From NCBI GenBank assembly GCA_964016885.1, contig OZ024743.1, forward strand, positions 239,134,001-239,198,000: a stretch of DNA of 64,000 nt, written 5' to 3'. This document shows positions 27,401 through 38,995 of this stretch, in pieces. The DNA is from Eledone cirrhosa. Taxonomy: Eukaryota. The notes below the pieces were generated by a model. The model did not search any database. It was not told where the DNA came from and was given only the letters and a program-made list of their open reading frames with translations. The position numbers and the translations under genes were made by a program. Position 1 is the first letter of the stretch, and every line of letters begins with the position of its first letter.

Positions 27401-27463
27401 ATATATACAGGTATATATATATATATAAACATATATACAGGTATATATATATATATATATATA

Positions 27464-27810
27464 TCATCATCATCATCATCATCATCATTTTACGTCCGCT
27501 TTTCCCTGCTTGCAAGGGTGGGACGGGTCTTATTCAGCACAGCATCTCTCCACTCGTCACGGTCCCTCGTCATCTCCACCGTGAGCTTCAATGATCTGAG
27601 GTCTGTTTTCACCACCTCCGCCCATGTTTTTCGTGGTCTACCTCTACTACGTCTTCCTTCAACTGGCATTTCCTGGCACTTCTTCACCCATCGGTCACAT
27701 GTCCATACCACCTCAGTCTCCTCTCCCGTACACTACATTCTATCCCTCTCAGACACAGTTTCTCTCTCAACACATTTATGGTGGGTCGTTCACGCACATT
27801 TACACTGCAC

Positions 27811-27815
<5 letters not shown>
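27464..27815 (-). mobile_element. RTE-clade LINE 3' fragment with (ATG)n tail
   Basis: RRLRWYGHV, WVKKCQEMPVEGRRSRGRPRKTWAEVVKTDL..DEWR. Confidence 0.85.
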
Positions 27816-27856
<41 letters not shown>

Positions 27857-28035
27857 ATACTTTATATGATATATAAACATATATACAGGTATATATATAT
27901 ACAAGTATAATGTAGGAGGTAAGTTTTATTGTAGCACAATAAAGCAATGCAAATATCGGATAAGTACCACTCTACAGTTTGTAGGACTGGAGTATAAATA
28001 ATATAAGATCAAAAGATGGTTAAAAGAGTTCCAAG

Positions 28036-28106
28036 TATTTTATTATGCGCATTTCAAAAACAAATATCATCATGGGATGATATCTGCGTTCTCATCAGAT
28101 AAAATA
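28036..28106 (-). ncRNA. Type I HHR (intact core)
   Basis: The minus strand reads tattttat CTGATGA gaacgcagatatcatc..gatgatatttgttttt GAAA TGCGCA TA ataaaata. Confidence 0.8.
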
Positions 28107-31100
28107 GGGAAACATGATGTGAAGCTTAAAAAACACTTGTGAATAGTGAAGTTTTAAATCAACATATGAAAAATAAATTAAGATTGGTGTACGAGATTGG
28201 GAAAAGTGAGGGGGTTGAAAAATGTAAGGCAGAGGAATAAATGAGAGTAAAGGATGGTGGGGGAGGGGTATAAGAAAGAAGGAGGAGGGAGGAGGAGAGT
28301 TGGGTGATAGTGACAGAGAGAGATAGCCTTTACAACTGACACTCCGACAAAACTAATAATTTATATGGCGTAACTAGGGATAACTATAATAACCTTATCC
28401 TTAAGGAACTAAGGAAGAATTATCGTAAAACTAACCATGACAATTTGGAATCTATAAACTTTGAAGCTTCTGAGATTATGTCTAGACTTGACATTGAAAA
28501 AAAGACCGAGCCATTCCTCCCAAGAACTCCGAGGATAAATCTCAAGGATCATAAAAGTAATTTTCGAACGGAACTGCTTGTTAGACGAATCGCCCCCTCT
28601 AAATCAGATCTGGGGGTTGTTAGTAAAGCCATCTTGGATAGAATTATCCCACAGGTTCGTTCTAATTGCTCTATTTCTAACTTAAATTTATGGTTTGGTA
28701 CATCTGAAGTAATTGGCTGGTTCAACAACCTGAATAAGAAAAACAAACAAAAATGTATTCAATTTGATATTGCCAGCTACTATTCTTCTATTTCGCCTTC
28801 ACTTCTCAACAACGCTCTATCTTTCGCATTTAAATATTCTGACATCACCACAGATGAACTTTACATCATTCTCACCGCAAGTAAAACTATCTTAGAATTC
28901 AACAATGAATACTGGACTAGAGCCGATACTTCCAACAACTTTAATATCACAATGGGTGCTTCCGATTCATCGCAATTGACTGATTTGATTGGTATTTTTA
29001 TTTTGAATCCTTTAAATCGGAAAATTCCTCAACTTCGCGGTGGAATTTATCGTGACGATGGACTTTTTACTATCTTCAACTGCAACTTAGTTAACCTTAA
29101 TATTATTAAGAACAATATACGTGATCTCTTTAAGCAATATGACCTTAAAATTGAATTTGATAACAACGTCAAACTAGCTGACTTCTTGGATATATCTCTT
29201 AATCTTGACACTGACCTATATTACCCTTACCATAAAAACAATGAGAATCTAAATTATGTTAATTTTAAATCTAACCACCCCACTAACATTAAAAATGCTA
29301 TAGTCAGTAATATTGAAAAAGAATCTCAAACCTATCCTCTAATAAAGATATCTTCGATGCTAACGCCAATTACTATAATAATGCGCTTTCTAAAGCCGGT
29401 TATCCTGATGAAATTAAATAGAGTAAAGAAACCAATCCTAGAAGGTCTTACAGTAAAATAATTAATTATGAACATTCCAATAACATAAATAAAAAGACCT
29501 AGATACAAAAATATAATCTGGTATAATGCTCCTTTCTCTATATCTATTAAACTATTCTTTAGGGCTTCCCTCCCTCACATATCTATAGTAAAATCTTTAA
29601 CAAACATACAATAACATTTTCTTATTCCACCATTTCCAACATCTCTAACATTATCTCTAAACACAACAATAAAATATTAAATAATAAATCATATCCTTCC
29701 AACACCGAGCGTCATAATAATAGCAGTAGTACTTCCGACGTCATTGTTTGTAAACTTAAATACGACGTCAAACGTAACTTCGTTGAATGTTCATAATACC
29801 AATCTAAATCAGGAAACTATTATTCCTATCGTAAATAACTTCTCCAATCCAATTCCTTCTATAAATAACACTAGGTCACTTGTTAATAACTCTGTTAATT
29901 TCTCTAATCGTAATTGTAATTGCCCTATTAAAACTAAATGTCCTCTTAATAACCATTGTATTGATACAAACTTAGTCTATGAATGTAAGGTTATAACTGA
30001 TACCACTTCCTTTACCTATTTCGGGTCCACTTCCACTTCCTTCAAAACTAGATTTTATAATTACAATTCGTCTTTTAAATACCAACTTAAAAGAACTAGC
30101 ACGGCACTCTCGGAACTCATATGGTCCTTGAAAGACAAAAATATTAACTATAACATCTCTTGGAGGAAGGTTTGTTCTGCCTTTCCTTACCTGAATTCTT
30201 CCCTATCCAGAACATGTAATCTCTGCCTAGCCGAGAAATGTACCATTATATCTAATTTCAATTCTATAATAAATAGACGCACGGATTTATTTTCTCTCTG
30301 CTTGCATACATTCCACAGAACATTCCATAAAGTATACAGCTAATATCTCAATACCTTACTAGTTTAAAATCCTTTTTCTCAAAGGCCTATATATCTTTTA
30401 CAAATATACCCATCTTTCTACCTTATTTCAATATTATATATTATATAATATAATTTACTCATTCTATATCATTCCTCTTTATCATTTTCCTTTCTTCCTT
30501 TTTTCTTTTTAATTTCTAACCTCTAATCTGTACTTTTTCTTCCCAACTACTTCTCAATTCTTATTATTACTCACCACAACATTATCCATTCTTCCATCTT
30601 TCCTCATATCATTGGCCATAAAAATTATTTTTTTAAATACATTACCATTAGAAGTCCTTCGTAAACATATACATTTTTTGACGTTAGATTTTTTTCTTCC
30701 TTAAATTTTTCATATCTCTTCCATCCTTTCATGCTCGTTTTAAACCTACTACTTAATTTGACTTTTACATATTACAATACATAAAAACAAACTTAAACCC
30801 TAACTAATTTCTTTTAATATATTATATTATTACCATTAGAAAATATTTCGTAAACATATATACTTTTTGATGTTAGATATTTTCTTCCTTAAACATTCTT
30901 TTCTTCTTTCCTTCCGCGCTCATTTTAAACATACTATTTACGTATTCATATTACATTACATAAAAACAAACTTAAACCCTAACTAATTCCTCTAAATTCA
31001 CAACTCATTCATTCTTCTCCTTCTTTTCACATTATATTCTTAATATCCTTAATATTTTCATTTTAATAATACATATTAATAAATTCTTTTCCTCGCACAT

Positions 31101-31490
31101 ATTATTAAACCCTTCAATATACAAACCTTAATTTAATACTATTCTTAATTCCTTTTTCTTCTTGCATAAACCTCATTAACTTTTAATTTCAAAATCTTTT
31201 AAATTATCTATTATTAACGGCTTTTTAATTTCTCTCTGTAAGACAATATATTTTTTTCTCAGTTGTAAAGGCTATCTCTCTTTCTCTATCACCCATCTCC
31301 CCTCCTCCCTCATCCTTCCTTCTTATACTTCTCCCCATCATCCTTTACTCTCATTTTTTCCTCTTCCTTACCTTTTCCAGCCCCCCTCACTTTTTCCCAA
31401 TCTCGTACATCAATCTTAATTTATTTTTCATATGTTGATTTAAAACTTTACTATTCACAAGTGTTTTTTAAGCTTCATATCATGTCTCCC

Positions 31491-31561
31491 TATTTTATCT
31501 GATTAGAACGCAGATATCATCCCATGATGATATTTGTTTTTGAAATGCGCATAATAAAATA
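31491..31561 (+). ncRNA. Type I HHR, mutated core (CTGATTA)
   Basis: Inverted partner of 28036-28106. Confidence 0.7.
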
Positions 31562-31599
31562 CTTGGAACTCTTTTAACCATCTTTTGATCTTATATTAT

Positions 31600-33061
31600 A
31601 GACAATGAAGCTTTAAATAGAGCAGGTCATATAAATAAGATTAAATACAGTAATAAGGCAAATAACCCTACTATTAATTGTAATTATAATAAAAAATTTA
31701 ACTTAAACTCTAAAACTAACAGAAGAACTAGAACTAGAAATATTATTTGGTACTCACCCCCATTCTCATTAAGCGTAAACACACCTTTAGCTAAGCTATT
31801 CTTTAAAGCACTCGATAAATGTTTTCTTAAAGCCCACAGATACCACTCAATCTTTAACAGACATACTATAATACTATCCTACTCTACTACTATGAGCATA
31901 GCACAACATATAAATAGAATTAATAATAGAAATTTAAACCCTAACCAAAATAACCAAAATAGCAGTGATATCTCTAGCAATAGCCAACATAATAGTACCG
32001 TTCCGAACAACAACAACTTCGCAAAATGTAACTGTAGAATTAAATCAAACTGTTATTTACAAAATAAGTGTTTAGATAAAAACGTGATCTATAAATGTAC
32101 AGTTAAAACCAGTGATAATATATTTAACTATGTCGGTGCAACTTCTACAGAATGTAAAAGTCGCAGGAATAATCACAAATGCTCTTTCCGAAGATTTGAT
32201 AAAAAAAATCTTCAACTTCTCTTTCAAACCTGATATGGAACTTAATATGCAAGAATATGGACTATTCATTATCTTGGGAAACAGTTTCATAATCATCTGC
32301 GTACCGAAACACAGCTTTATCTAGATTCTGCAAATTGTGTATTGAGGACATTTTTTTCTAACTTAAATGTAAAAACTCTATTAATCTAAGAACGAATTTA
32401 TTTAATTCTTGTAGACATCGCCAGAATTTCAACATTCAGAACTATATATAACTTATTATACTTATAATATTTCTACTTATTTCCATAACAATCTCATCCA
32501 CTTGGTTTTAATATATTGATATCTCTAAATCATAATATCTATAACATTTTCTATATTTCCACTTCTTAAAGTTTCATAAAATATATACGTATATAATTCT
32601 AATTTTTTTTTTATTTTAATTTTAATTTTAATAATTTTAATTCTTTAATTTTATTTCTTTAATTTTTATTTCTTAACAAATTACTTATCTCTTATAAATT
32701 ATTTTTGAAAAACTTTTCTCAAATTTTTCAATATATTTTCAATACTTTTTCATTATTTTTTAAATATTTTATCAATATTTTTTCAATATTTTTCAATAGA
32801 TGTATAACCACTAACCGATACTGGCTAAATGTATCTTTCAACATCTATACTTATTTTGACTAAATCTTCTCACACTAACGAATAAACAAATTAAACCGGA
32901 GTTTTTCCGTATCTTCCCATTTTAATTCATATAAACAAATATTCTTATTAGCTCAGTTAATTTAATTTGATTTAACTTAATATTTATTTACATTAAATAC
33001 AAGACCAATATCCCTCATAACTCATTAGAACAATTATCTATAATATGATATACCCATCTAT

Positions 33062-33092
<31 letters not shown>

Positions 33093-33630
33093 TGTATTTA
33101 TTTATTTATTTATTTATTTATTTATCAACTTATAACAGAAAATATTATATTATAAACAAATTTTAAACAACTAATAATCGTAATTACACGTACTATTAAG
33201 ATATATACTTAGAATATATTTCCCCCAAATTAACGTTATATGAGTTTTATTCATCTTCTCTTGTTTCTTTCTGATGTTCTCTCTCTCTCGCACTATTTTT
33301 TATCCTTCTCCTCTTCTCTCTTCTCTCTCTCTCTTTCTCTCTCTGTCGCTCTCGCTCCATAGTCTTTTAAATAAACGGTTGTTTTTCAATTATTTACATA
33401 TTCATTTGCATATTCACACATAACTTGGAAAAATCCCTAATATATTTCCACTATCCAGTGAATTTCCAACCGATAAGGTATGATTTTTATGAGTATGTCT
33501 CTACTTATAAAACAAACTTTGTATTTTATCTGATGAAAGCGTACCAATATTGTCTTGGTACCCTAGAAATATATATAATAAAATAAGTATGGTTTTATAA
33601 ATATAGTTTCAATTTATTTAATATCATTGT
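31600..33630 (+). mobile_element. 3' half of another PLE joined directly to the preceding pLTR; HHR at 33522-33585
   Basis: Motifs RTRNIIWYSPPFS, IFNRHT, CNCRIKSNCYLQNKCL and VIYKC..YVG. A long AT-rich 3' region ends in tattttat CTGATGA..GAAA TATATA TA ataaaata, then (TA)n. Confidence 0.85.
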
Positions 33631-33655
33631 ATATATATATACATATATTTATATA

Positions 33656-33846
33656 GGAAAAAGTATGACTCCGATGGCAGAGCTCAAGCCGTTTCGACGG
33701 CTATTTCTGGACTAAATTAGAATTTTTAGCCTGGTGAATAAATAGCCGCACTTTTCAAGGGGGTACTTCCTTATATGGAAAGATTGTAGTTGTCAAGACG
33801 ATTGGTTAAAATTTGTTGTAAACACAAATAAGTCTATCATGGCATT
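33656..33846 (-). mobile_element. pLTR fragment with U3:A8 HHR (33668-33764)
   Basis: Reverse complement of ~3368-3557. Confidence 0.8.
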
Positions 33847-34116
33847 TTATGTATGTGTGACGCTATGTTGGCTGCAGTATCTTTCATTATTGATGTTATT
33901 GTTTTAATTCTACGTTATATCTATATACCAATGCCATATGTGAAATCTCTAGTATTTCGATGATTTGATCTGAGGTAAACACTGCATTTAAGGTCGAGTG
34001 ACAAAACTTCGAGTGATTAACGGCCTTTAGACTCACCTGATAAATGAAACAATTGTTAATACTTGAAATAAAACCCCTTGTTGTACAGCCGACCATGTTA
34101 TTCTTCAATCTTGCAC

Positions 34117-34189
<73 letters not shown>

Positions 34190-34236
34190 TTATCCTTATC
34201 GAGCCCTCTTTGGATATTAGTCTTCAAATTTATTAT

Positions 34237-34273
<37 letters not shown>

Positions 34274-34513
34274 CATTCTGTCATTACAACACGAGCTTTT
34301 GATTCCAGAGTTGGGCCAGATAGATACAGATCGAACCTTGTGCTGATCAATAGCGAAACGCGCACCACCAATCAATAAACATAATGAAGGCTTGACAAAT
34401 TGTCCTTGTATTATTATTATTATTATTATTGTTGTTATTCCTTGTTTCTCAGTCATTGATGTTGGTTAACTGGAAAGTCCGTTGGAATGAATATCAAGCC
34501 ACTACCTGCAGCC

Positions 34514-37500
34514 TCAGATATTCAGGACGTATCGGAGGGTTCTTGCTGTTCCAAGCAAGCATGCCTTTTGAAGCGTTCCAAAAAGCGTGACGGGGCCGAT
34601 TTTCTTTAACCATCCCTGGAAACTTTTGGAGATAGTCCCCAGTGCGCCTATGACAATCGGGATCACTTTGACTTCATGGCAGTTCCAAATCCTTTTCACC
34701 TCCCACTTTAGGTCCTGGTATCGGTTAATTTTCTCCCTCTCCTTCTCTTGCACTCTCGTGTCGAAAGGGCAGGCCACATCCACAATCAGACACGATCTTT
34801 TTTCTTTGTCCACAACCACCAGGTCAGGTCTATTGTGTTCCAGTTTTTTGTCCGTCTGTATCCTAAAATCCCACAGCACCTTCACCTGATTGTTCTCCAT
34901 CACCGCCTCTGGCCTATGCTCATACCATTTCTCAGAGTGTGGTAAATTGTTTACTTTGCACAGGTGCCAGTGGATCACCCTGCTCATCACATCGTGTCTC
35001 CAGCCCTTATAGTGGGTATGGGCTAGGTGTTTACACTCGGACACAATGTGAGCCACAGTCTCCTCTCTCTCTCCACAGATCCTGCACAGTGGGTTAGCCT
35101 CCTCCTTGTAAATATGGTGCTTCAACCACTTCGTTTTGAGGGCCTGCTCCTGCGCAGCCATTAGCATTCCTTCTGTAGCCTTTTTGAGGTCTCCTCTTCT
35201 CAACCAGTTCCATGTCTGTGGATCTCTAAATTCAGTTTTCTCAAAGAAGGTACTATGAAGGGATTTTCCCTTAAGGCTGCTCTTCCTCCTTGATGTTATT
35301 TCCTCCTTGGGCATCCCCTGGCCTTCTGTCCCCTCCTTCAGTACAGTTCTGAGCATTGGCTCCTTACTATAGGTCACGTATTTGTATAGGTTGTTTTTCT
35401 CCATCTGAACACAGTCCTCTATGCTGATAAGACCTCTTCCACCCTCAGATCTCCTTAGGTAGAGTCTATCGACATCACTCCTCTTGTGGAACATGTTGTA
35501 GATAGTCAATAGCTTCCTAGTCTTCCTATCCATTTCTTTTTGTTCAGCAACATTCCATCTCAGAATTCCCGCACTGTACCTAATAATAGACACAGCTCGG
35601 GAATTTACTGCGCTTATGGCATTTCTGCTGTTCAGATGTGACTTCAATACGCTCCTTATTCTCCGAATGTATTCAGTTCTTAACAATTCCTTCATTTTTT
35701 TGTTCTTTATGCCATCAGCCTCCAGAACGCCCAAATACTTGTATCCTTCCTCAGAGTCAATTTCCTTTATCATCTCACCTGTTGGTATCTGGATCCCGTT
35801 ACTTCTGCTCAACCTACCCCTCTTCATCACAATGACTCCACATTTACTAATACCAAACTGCATACATATATCACTGCTGAAAATACGGACAGTGTCAACA
35901 AGCACATCCAACTCCTTCTCACTTTTCCCGAAGAGCTTAAGATCGTCCATGAAGAGGAGGTGATTGATGGTAAGCTCTCCCTTTCCCAACTTGTATCCTG
36001 CTCTCACTTTTCGCAGCATAATGGTCAAGGGCATCAGGGCAAGAACAAACAACAGAGGGGACAGGCTATCTCCCTGGAAGATACCTCTCTTGATCTTCAC
36101 GCTTCCCAAGGATACTCCAGTTGATGTCAACTCTGTCTCCCAGGACCCCATACTCCTGCCCAGCAACTGTCTGATGTTATCTGCCACCCTGAAGATCTCC
36201 AGGCTTTTGGTGATCCAAGAATGAGGCACCATGTCAAATGCCTTTCTGTAGTCTATCCATCCCATGGCAAGATCAGTGTGTCTCCTCCTGCAATTCCCCA
36301 TTACCATCTTATCAATAAGTAACTGGTCCTTTGTACCACGTGACTTCTTTCGGCATCCTTTCTGTTCGTCCGGTAACAAGTTGTTTGTGTGGAGGTGATG
36401 GTAGATTTCCTCAGACACAATGCTCGTCAACAGTTTCCACATTACGGACAGACATGTGATAGGTCTATAGTTGGTAACATCATTACCCTTGATTCGGTCT
36501 TTCATTATCAGAACTGTGGTACCTTTTGTCAACCACTCTGGCACCTCACCCGACACCAAGCAGTCATTGAACATGGCCGTCAGCTTCGGGTGGAGGGATG
36601 TTAAATTTTTAATCCAATACCCCTGCACACCATCTGGGCCTGGTGATTTCCAGTTGGTTAATCTTTTGGCCTGCCCCTTAAGAGTTTCAACTGTGATACT
36701 CAAATCAGTTTGTTGGTGTGCCTGCTCACCGATCTCCCTCTGTACTGTCTCAATCCACCCTGCCTGGACATTATGTCTTATATCCTGCTCCCATATTCCT
36801 CTCCAGAATGTTTTAGTTTGCTCCGCCCCAGGGATCAAGTCGTTGCCTCTTTCTTTCCCCTCAAGCTGTCCAAACAGCATCTTCTGGTTGTTGTCGAACA
36901 TGCGGTTCTGTTTATACTGACTGACTCTGTTCTCGTATCGCCTGATTTTTGCACTCTTTGCTACAATGCGTTGCTTCAGTTCCTCTATGATAATATTTAG
37001 CTTTTTCCTCCTAGTTCTGTACTTTATTTCCAGTCTATTTTTAGTGCCTATGTTTTTTAGTGTCCCATTCAGTAGTAACTCAAGATTTCCTATGTCATTT
37101 CTCAGTTCCCCGATTTGACCACTCAGTCGTTTCTTCCACCACGGCTCTGCTCTTTCTTGTCTGTTGTTTCCTCTCGCTTTTATACCAAGTAGTTTCCTCA
37201 CCGTATTTGCTGTTGCTTTGAGGATATTGTTGCACTGGTGAAGGCTCCTCGCCTCAAGGTATGGGATGACTTTGTTTACCTTAGCTGTTGTTTCTTTTAA
37301 CTTTTTCCTGTCTACAAATCTTAGGTTCATAGGTCTCCCACTATCACTGTTCAATTCATCTACCACTAAATTTAGGATGTCAACCGAATCTTGTCCTAGC
37401 CCGTCAGCATTCATCTCATCAGTGGCCGTATCTCTGTTCCAGGTATTATTTATCTCAGTATTCAGATCATTGTCTGCTTCGGGTGGTTCCTCCGTTCTCA

Positions 37501-37906
37501 GGACCTCTTCACCTTCATTTCCCACTGGCTCGCTTGTCTGGCATACTACACCCGCCATCTCCAAGCCATTCTCTCTGCTCAGTTCCTCCAGTTCCAGCTC
37601 GCTTATCCACCCATTAGTTCTTATTACCCGAGCCTGCCCGGCCAATTTTTGTTCATCTAATTTAAATAGACCAATCTCGTTCCAGATATTATGCATCCGT
37701 CTCCTGTAGCCCCTCTCCTTGGGGTTACTTTTCAGGTAACATTGCATAACAGTTCTATTCAATTCTTTAGTCCAGTTGGTTCTGGCCCCTTTCCTTCTTC
37801 TTCTTCCTCCAACATCAGCAGTATTTGGTTGACAGTCAGGTTCCTGCTGCTGAGCCAGGGGACACCTGTTGGGTGAGAGTCTGTCACATGACGTTCTAGT
37901 CTCCAT
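34514..37906 (-). CDS. Intact R4/Dong-clade non-LTR retrotransposon ORF (RT + CCHC knuckle + restriction-like endonuclease), 1130 aa
   Basis: Motifs WKSPGPDG, NYRPITCL, WIDYRKAFDMVPH, GIFQGDSLSPLLF, LFMDD, YKYLG, GGRGL, CRICG..ETVAHIVSEC, RHD and RPDLVVVD..IVDV..EK..RY. A short 3' UTR runs into (TTA)n at ~34410-34430. Confidence 0.93.
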   Translation of the reverse strand: METRTSCDRLSPNRCPLAQQQEPDCQPNTADVGGRRRRKGARTNWTKELNRTVMQCYLKSNPKERGYRRRMHNIWNEIGLFKLDEQKLAGQARVIRTNGWISELELEELSRENGLEMAGVVCQTSEPVGNEGEEVLRTEEPPEADNDLNTEINNTWNRDTATDEMNADGLGQDSVDILNLVVDELNSDSGRPMNLRFVDRKKLKETTAKVNKVIPYLEARSLHQCNNILKATANTVRKLLGIKARGNNRQERAEPWWKKRLSGQIGELRNDIGNLELLLNGTLKNIGTKNRLEIKYRTRRKKLNIIIEELKQRIVAKSAKIRRYENRVSQYKQNRMFDNNQKMLFGQLEGKERGNDLIPGAEQTKTFWRGIWEQDIRHNVQAGWIETVQREIGEQAHQQTDLSITVETLKGQAKRLTNWKSPGPDGVQGYWIKNLTSLHPKLTAMFNDCLVSGEVPEWLTKGTTVLIMKDRIKGNDVTNYRPITCLSVMWKLLTSIVSEEIYHHLHTNNLLPDEQKGCRKKSRGTKDQLLIDKMVMGNCRRRHTDLAMGWIDYRKAFDMVPHSWITKSLEIFRVADNIRQLLGRSMGSWETELTSTGVSLGSVKIKRGIFQGDSLSPLLFVLALMPLTIMLRKVRAGYKLGKGELTINHLLFMDDLKLFGKSEKELDVLVDTVRIFSSDICMQFGISKCGVIVMKRGRLSRSNGIQIPTGEMIKEIDSEEGYKYLGVLEADGIKNKKMKELLRTEYIRRIRSVLKSHLNSRNAISAVNSRAVSIIRYSAGILRWNVAEQKEMDRKTRKLLTIYNMFHKRSDVDRLYLRRSEGGRGLISIEDCVQMEKNNLYKYVTYSKEPMLRTVLKEGTEGQGMPKEEITSRRKSSLKGKSLHSTFFEKTEFRDPQTWNWLRRGDLKKATEGMLMAAQEQALKTKWLKHHIYKEEANPLCRICGEREETVAHIVSECKHLAHTHYKGWRHDVMSRVIHWHLCKVNNLPHSEKWYEHRPEAVMENNQVKVLWDFRIQTDKKLEHNRPDLVVVDKEKRSCLIVDVACPFDTRVQEKEREKINRYQDLKWEVKRIWNCHEVKVIPIVIGALGTISKSFQGWLKKIGPVTLFGTLQKACLLGTARTLRYVLNI

Positions 37907-38948
37907 TTCACCGTTATTCGAACTGTTTATGTTCGATATTTAAACACTCTTATCGAGGATTGGCGAATGTATGGTTACATATCCATCTGTGGATTCGCCG
38001 TTCCACTTGGCCCTTGTGTGGCATTATCACCACGCTGTATACGAACACACATAAACAAACAAACACACAGGCAGAAAGTGCCCCAAAAATGAATAAGCAT
38101 AAGTTTCATTGTAATGTAGTGTTCGAATGTCTGACTTAGTTTTTGTTTTTTTAGTTTTAGTTTTTCCCCCCTCTTCTCTGTCCGTCCGCCTGCTTCTCTC
38201 TTCATTCTTATTTTCTTTACGTTTTTTGTTTTTGTTTTTCTCTGTTTGTTTCTCTCGTTTTTTGCTGTTGTTGCTGTGCTGCTTTGGTTTTGTTGTTTGT
38301 TTTTTCTTTTTTCTTTTGAATCTATCTATATATTTATTTTGATGCCTTCCTCTTTTTTAGTAATAGGAATTCTATAATGTGGTGGCAGCAGCCAGCTAGA
38401 GAAGTGGGAGACTGGCGGCGGTAGCGATACTGAGACAGTGGTGGTGGTGATGTCGATACCGAGGCAGAGGTGGTGGCGATGTGATCGTATTACTGTGGTG
38501 ATGGTGTTGTAGCGGTGGTAGCAGTGAAGGAGTGAAGGCGTGGTGATGGGATAGTGGTGGTAATGATGGCAGTAGTGAGCGGTGGTGGTGAAATTGCCGT
38601 TATCTGGCTGTTGTGTTTAGTGTACACAGGTGATGAGGTGGGTGGTGTATCTAGTTTCTGGTGTTGGTGAGTTTGGCTGTTCTATATAGAGTAGACAGAG
38701 GAGATGAGGGGGGGGGGGGTTCTTCTTCCATTTATAGCCATTTTCTTTTTTGGATATACAGTGTACAATACAAAGTTGAATATTTGAATATTTGAGCCTT
38801 ATAACAATATATTTTGGGGCTCAAGCCGGGTGCTTTACGTAGCATTTGTACTAAGAGTTGTTATTTCACAAATGATTTAAATATGTTAAAAATTCAAAAC
38901 TTACGGGAGCGATTTCATGACTTCCGCCACCTCGTGCGTCTTCTTCCC

Positions 38949-38995
<47 letters not shown>

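Larger units (their letters stand above)
27998..31599 (+). mobile_element. 5'-truncated PLE with an inverted pLTR at its 5' end
   Basis: 27998-28337 is the reverse complement of 31260-31599. RT at 28445-29461 (IQFDIASYYSSI, GIYRDDG, FLDISLNL). GIY-YIG at 29744-30343 (CNCPIKTKCPL..C, YFG, CNLC..E). Confidence 0.9.
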
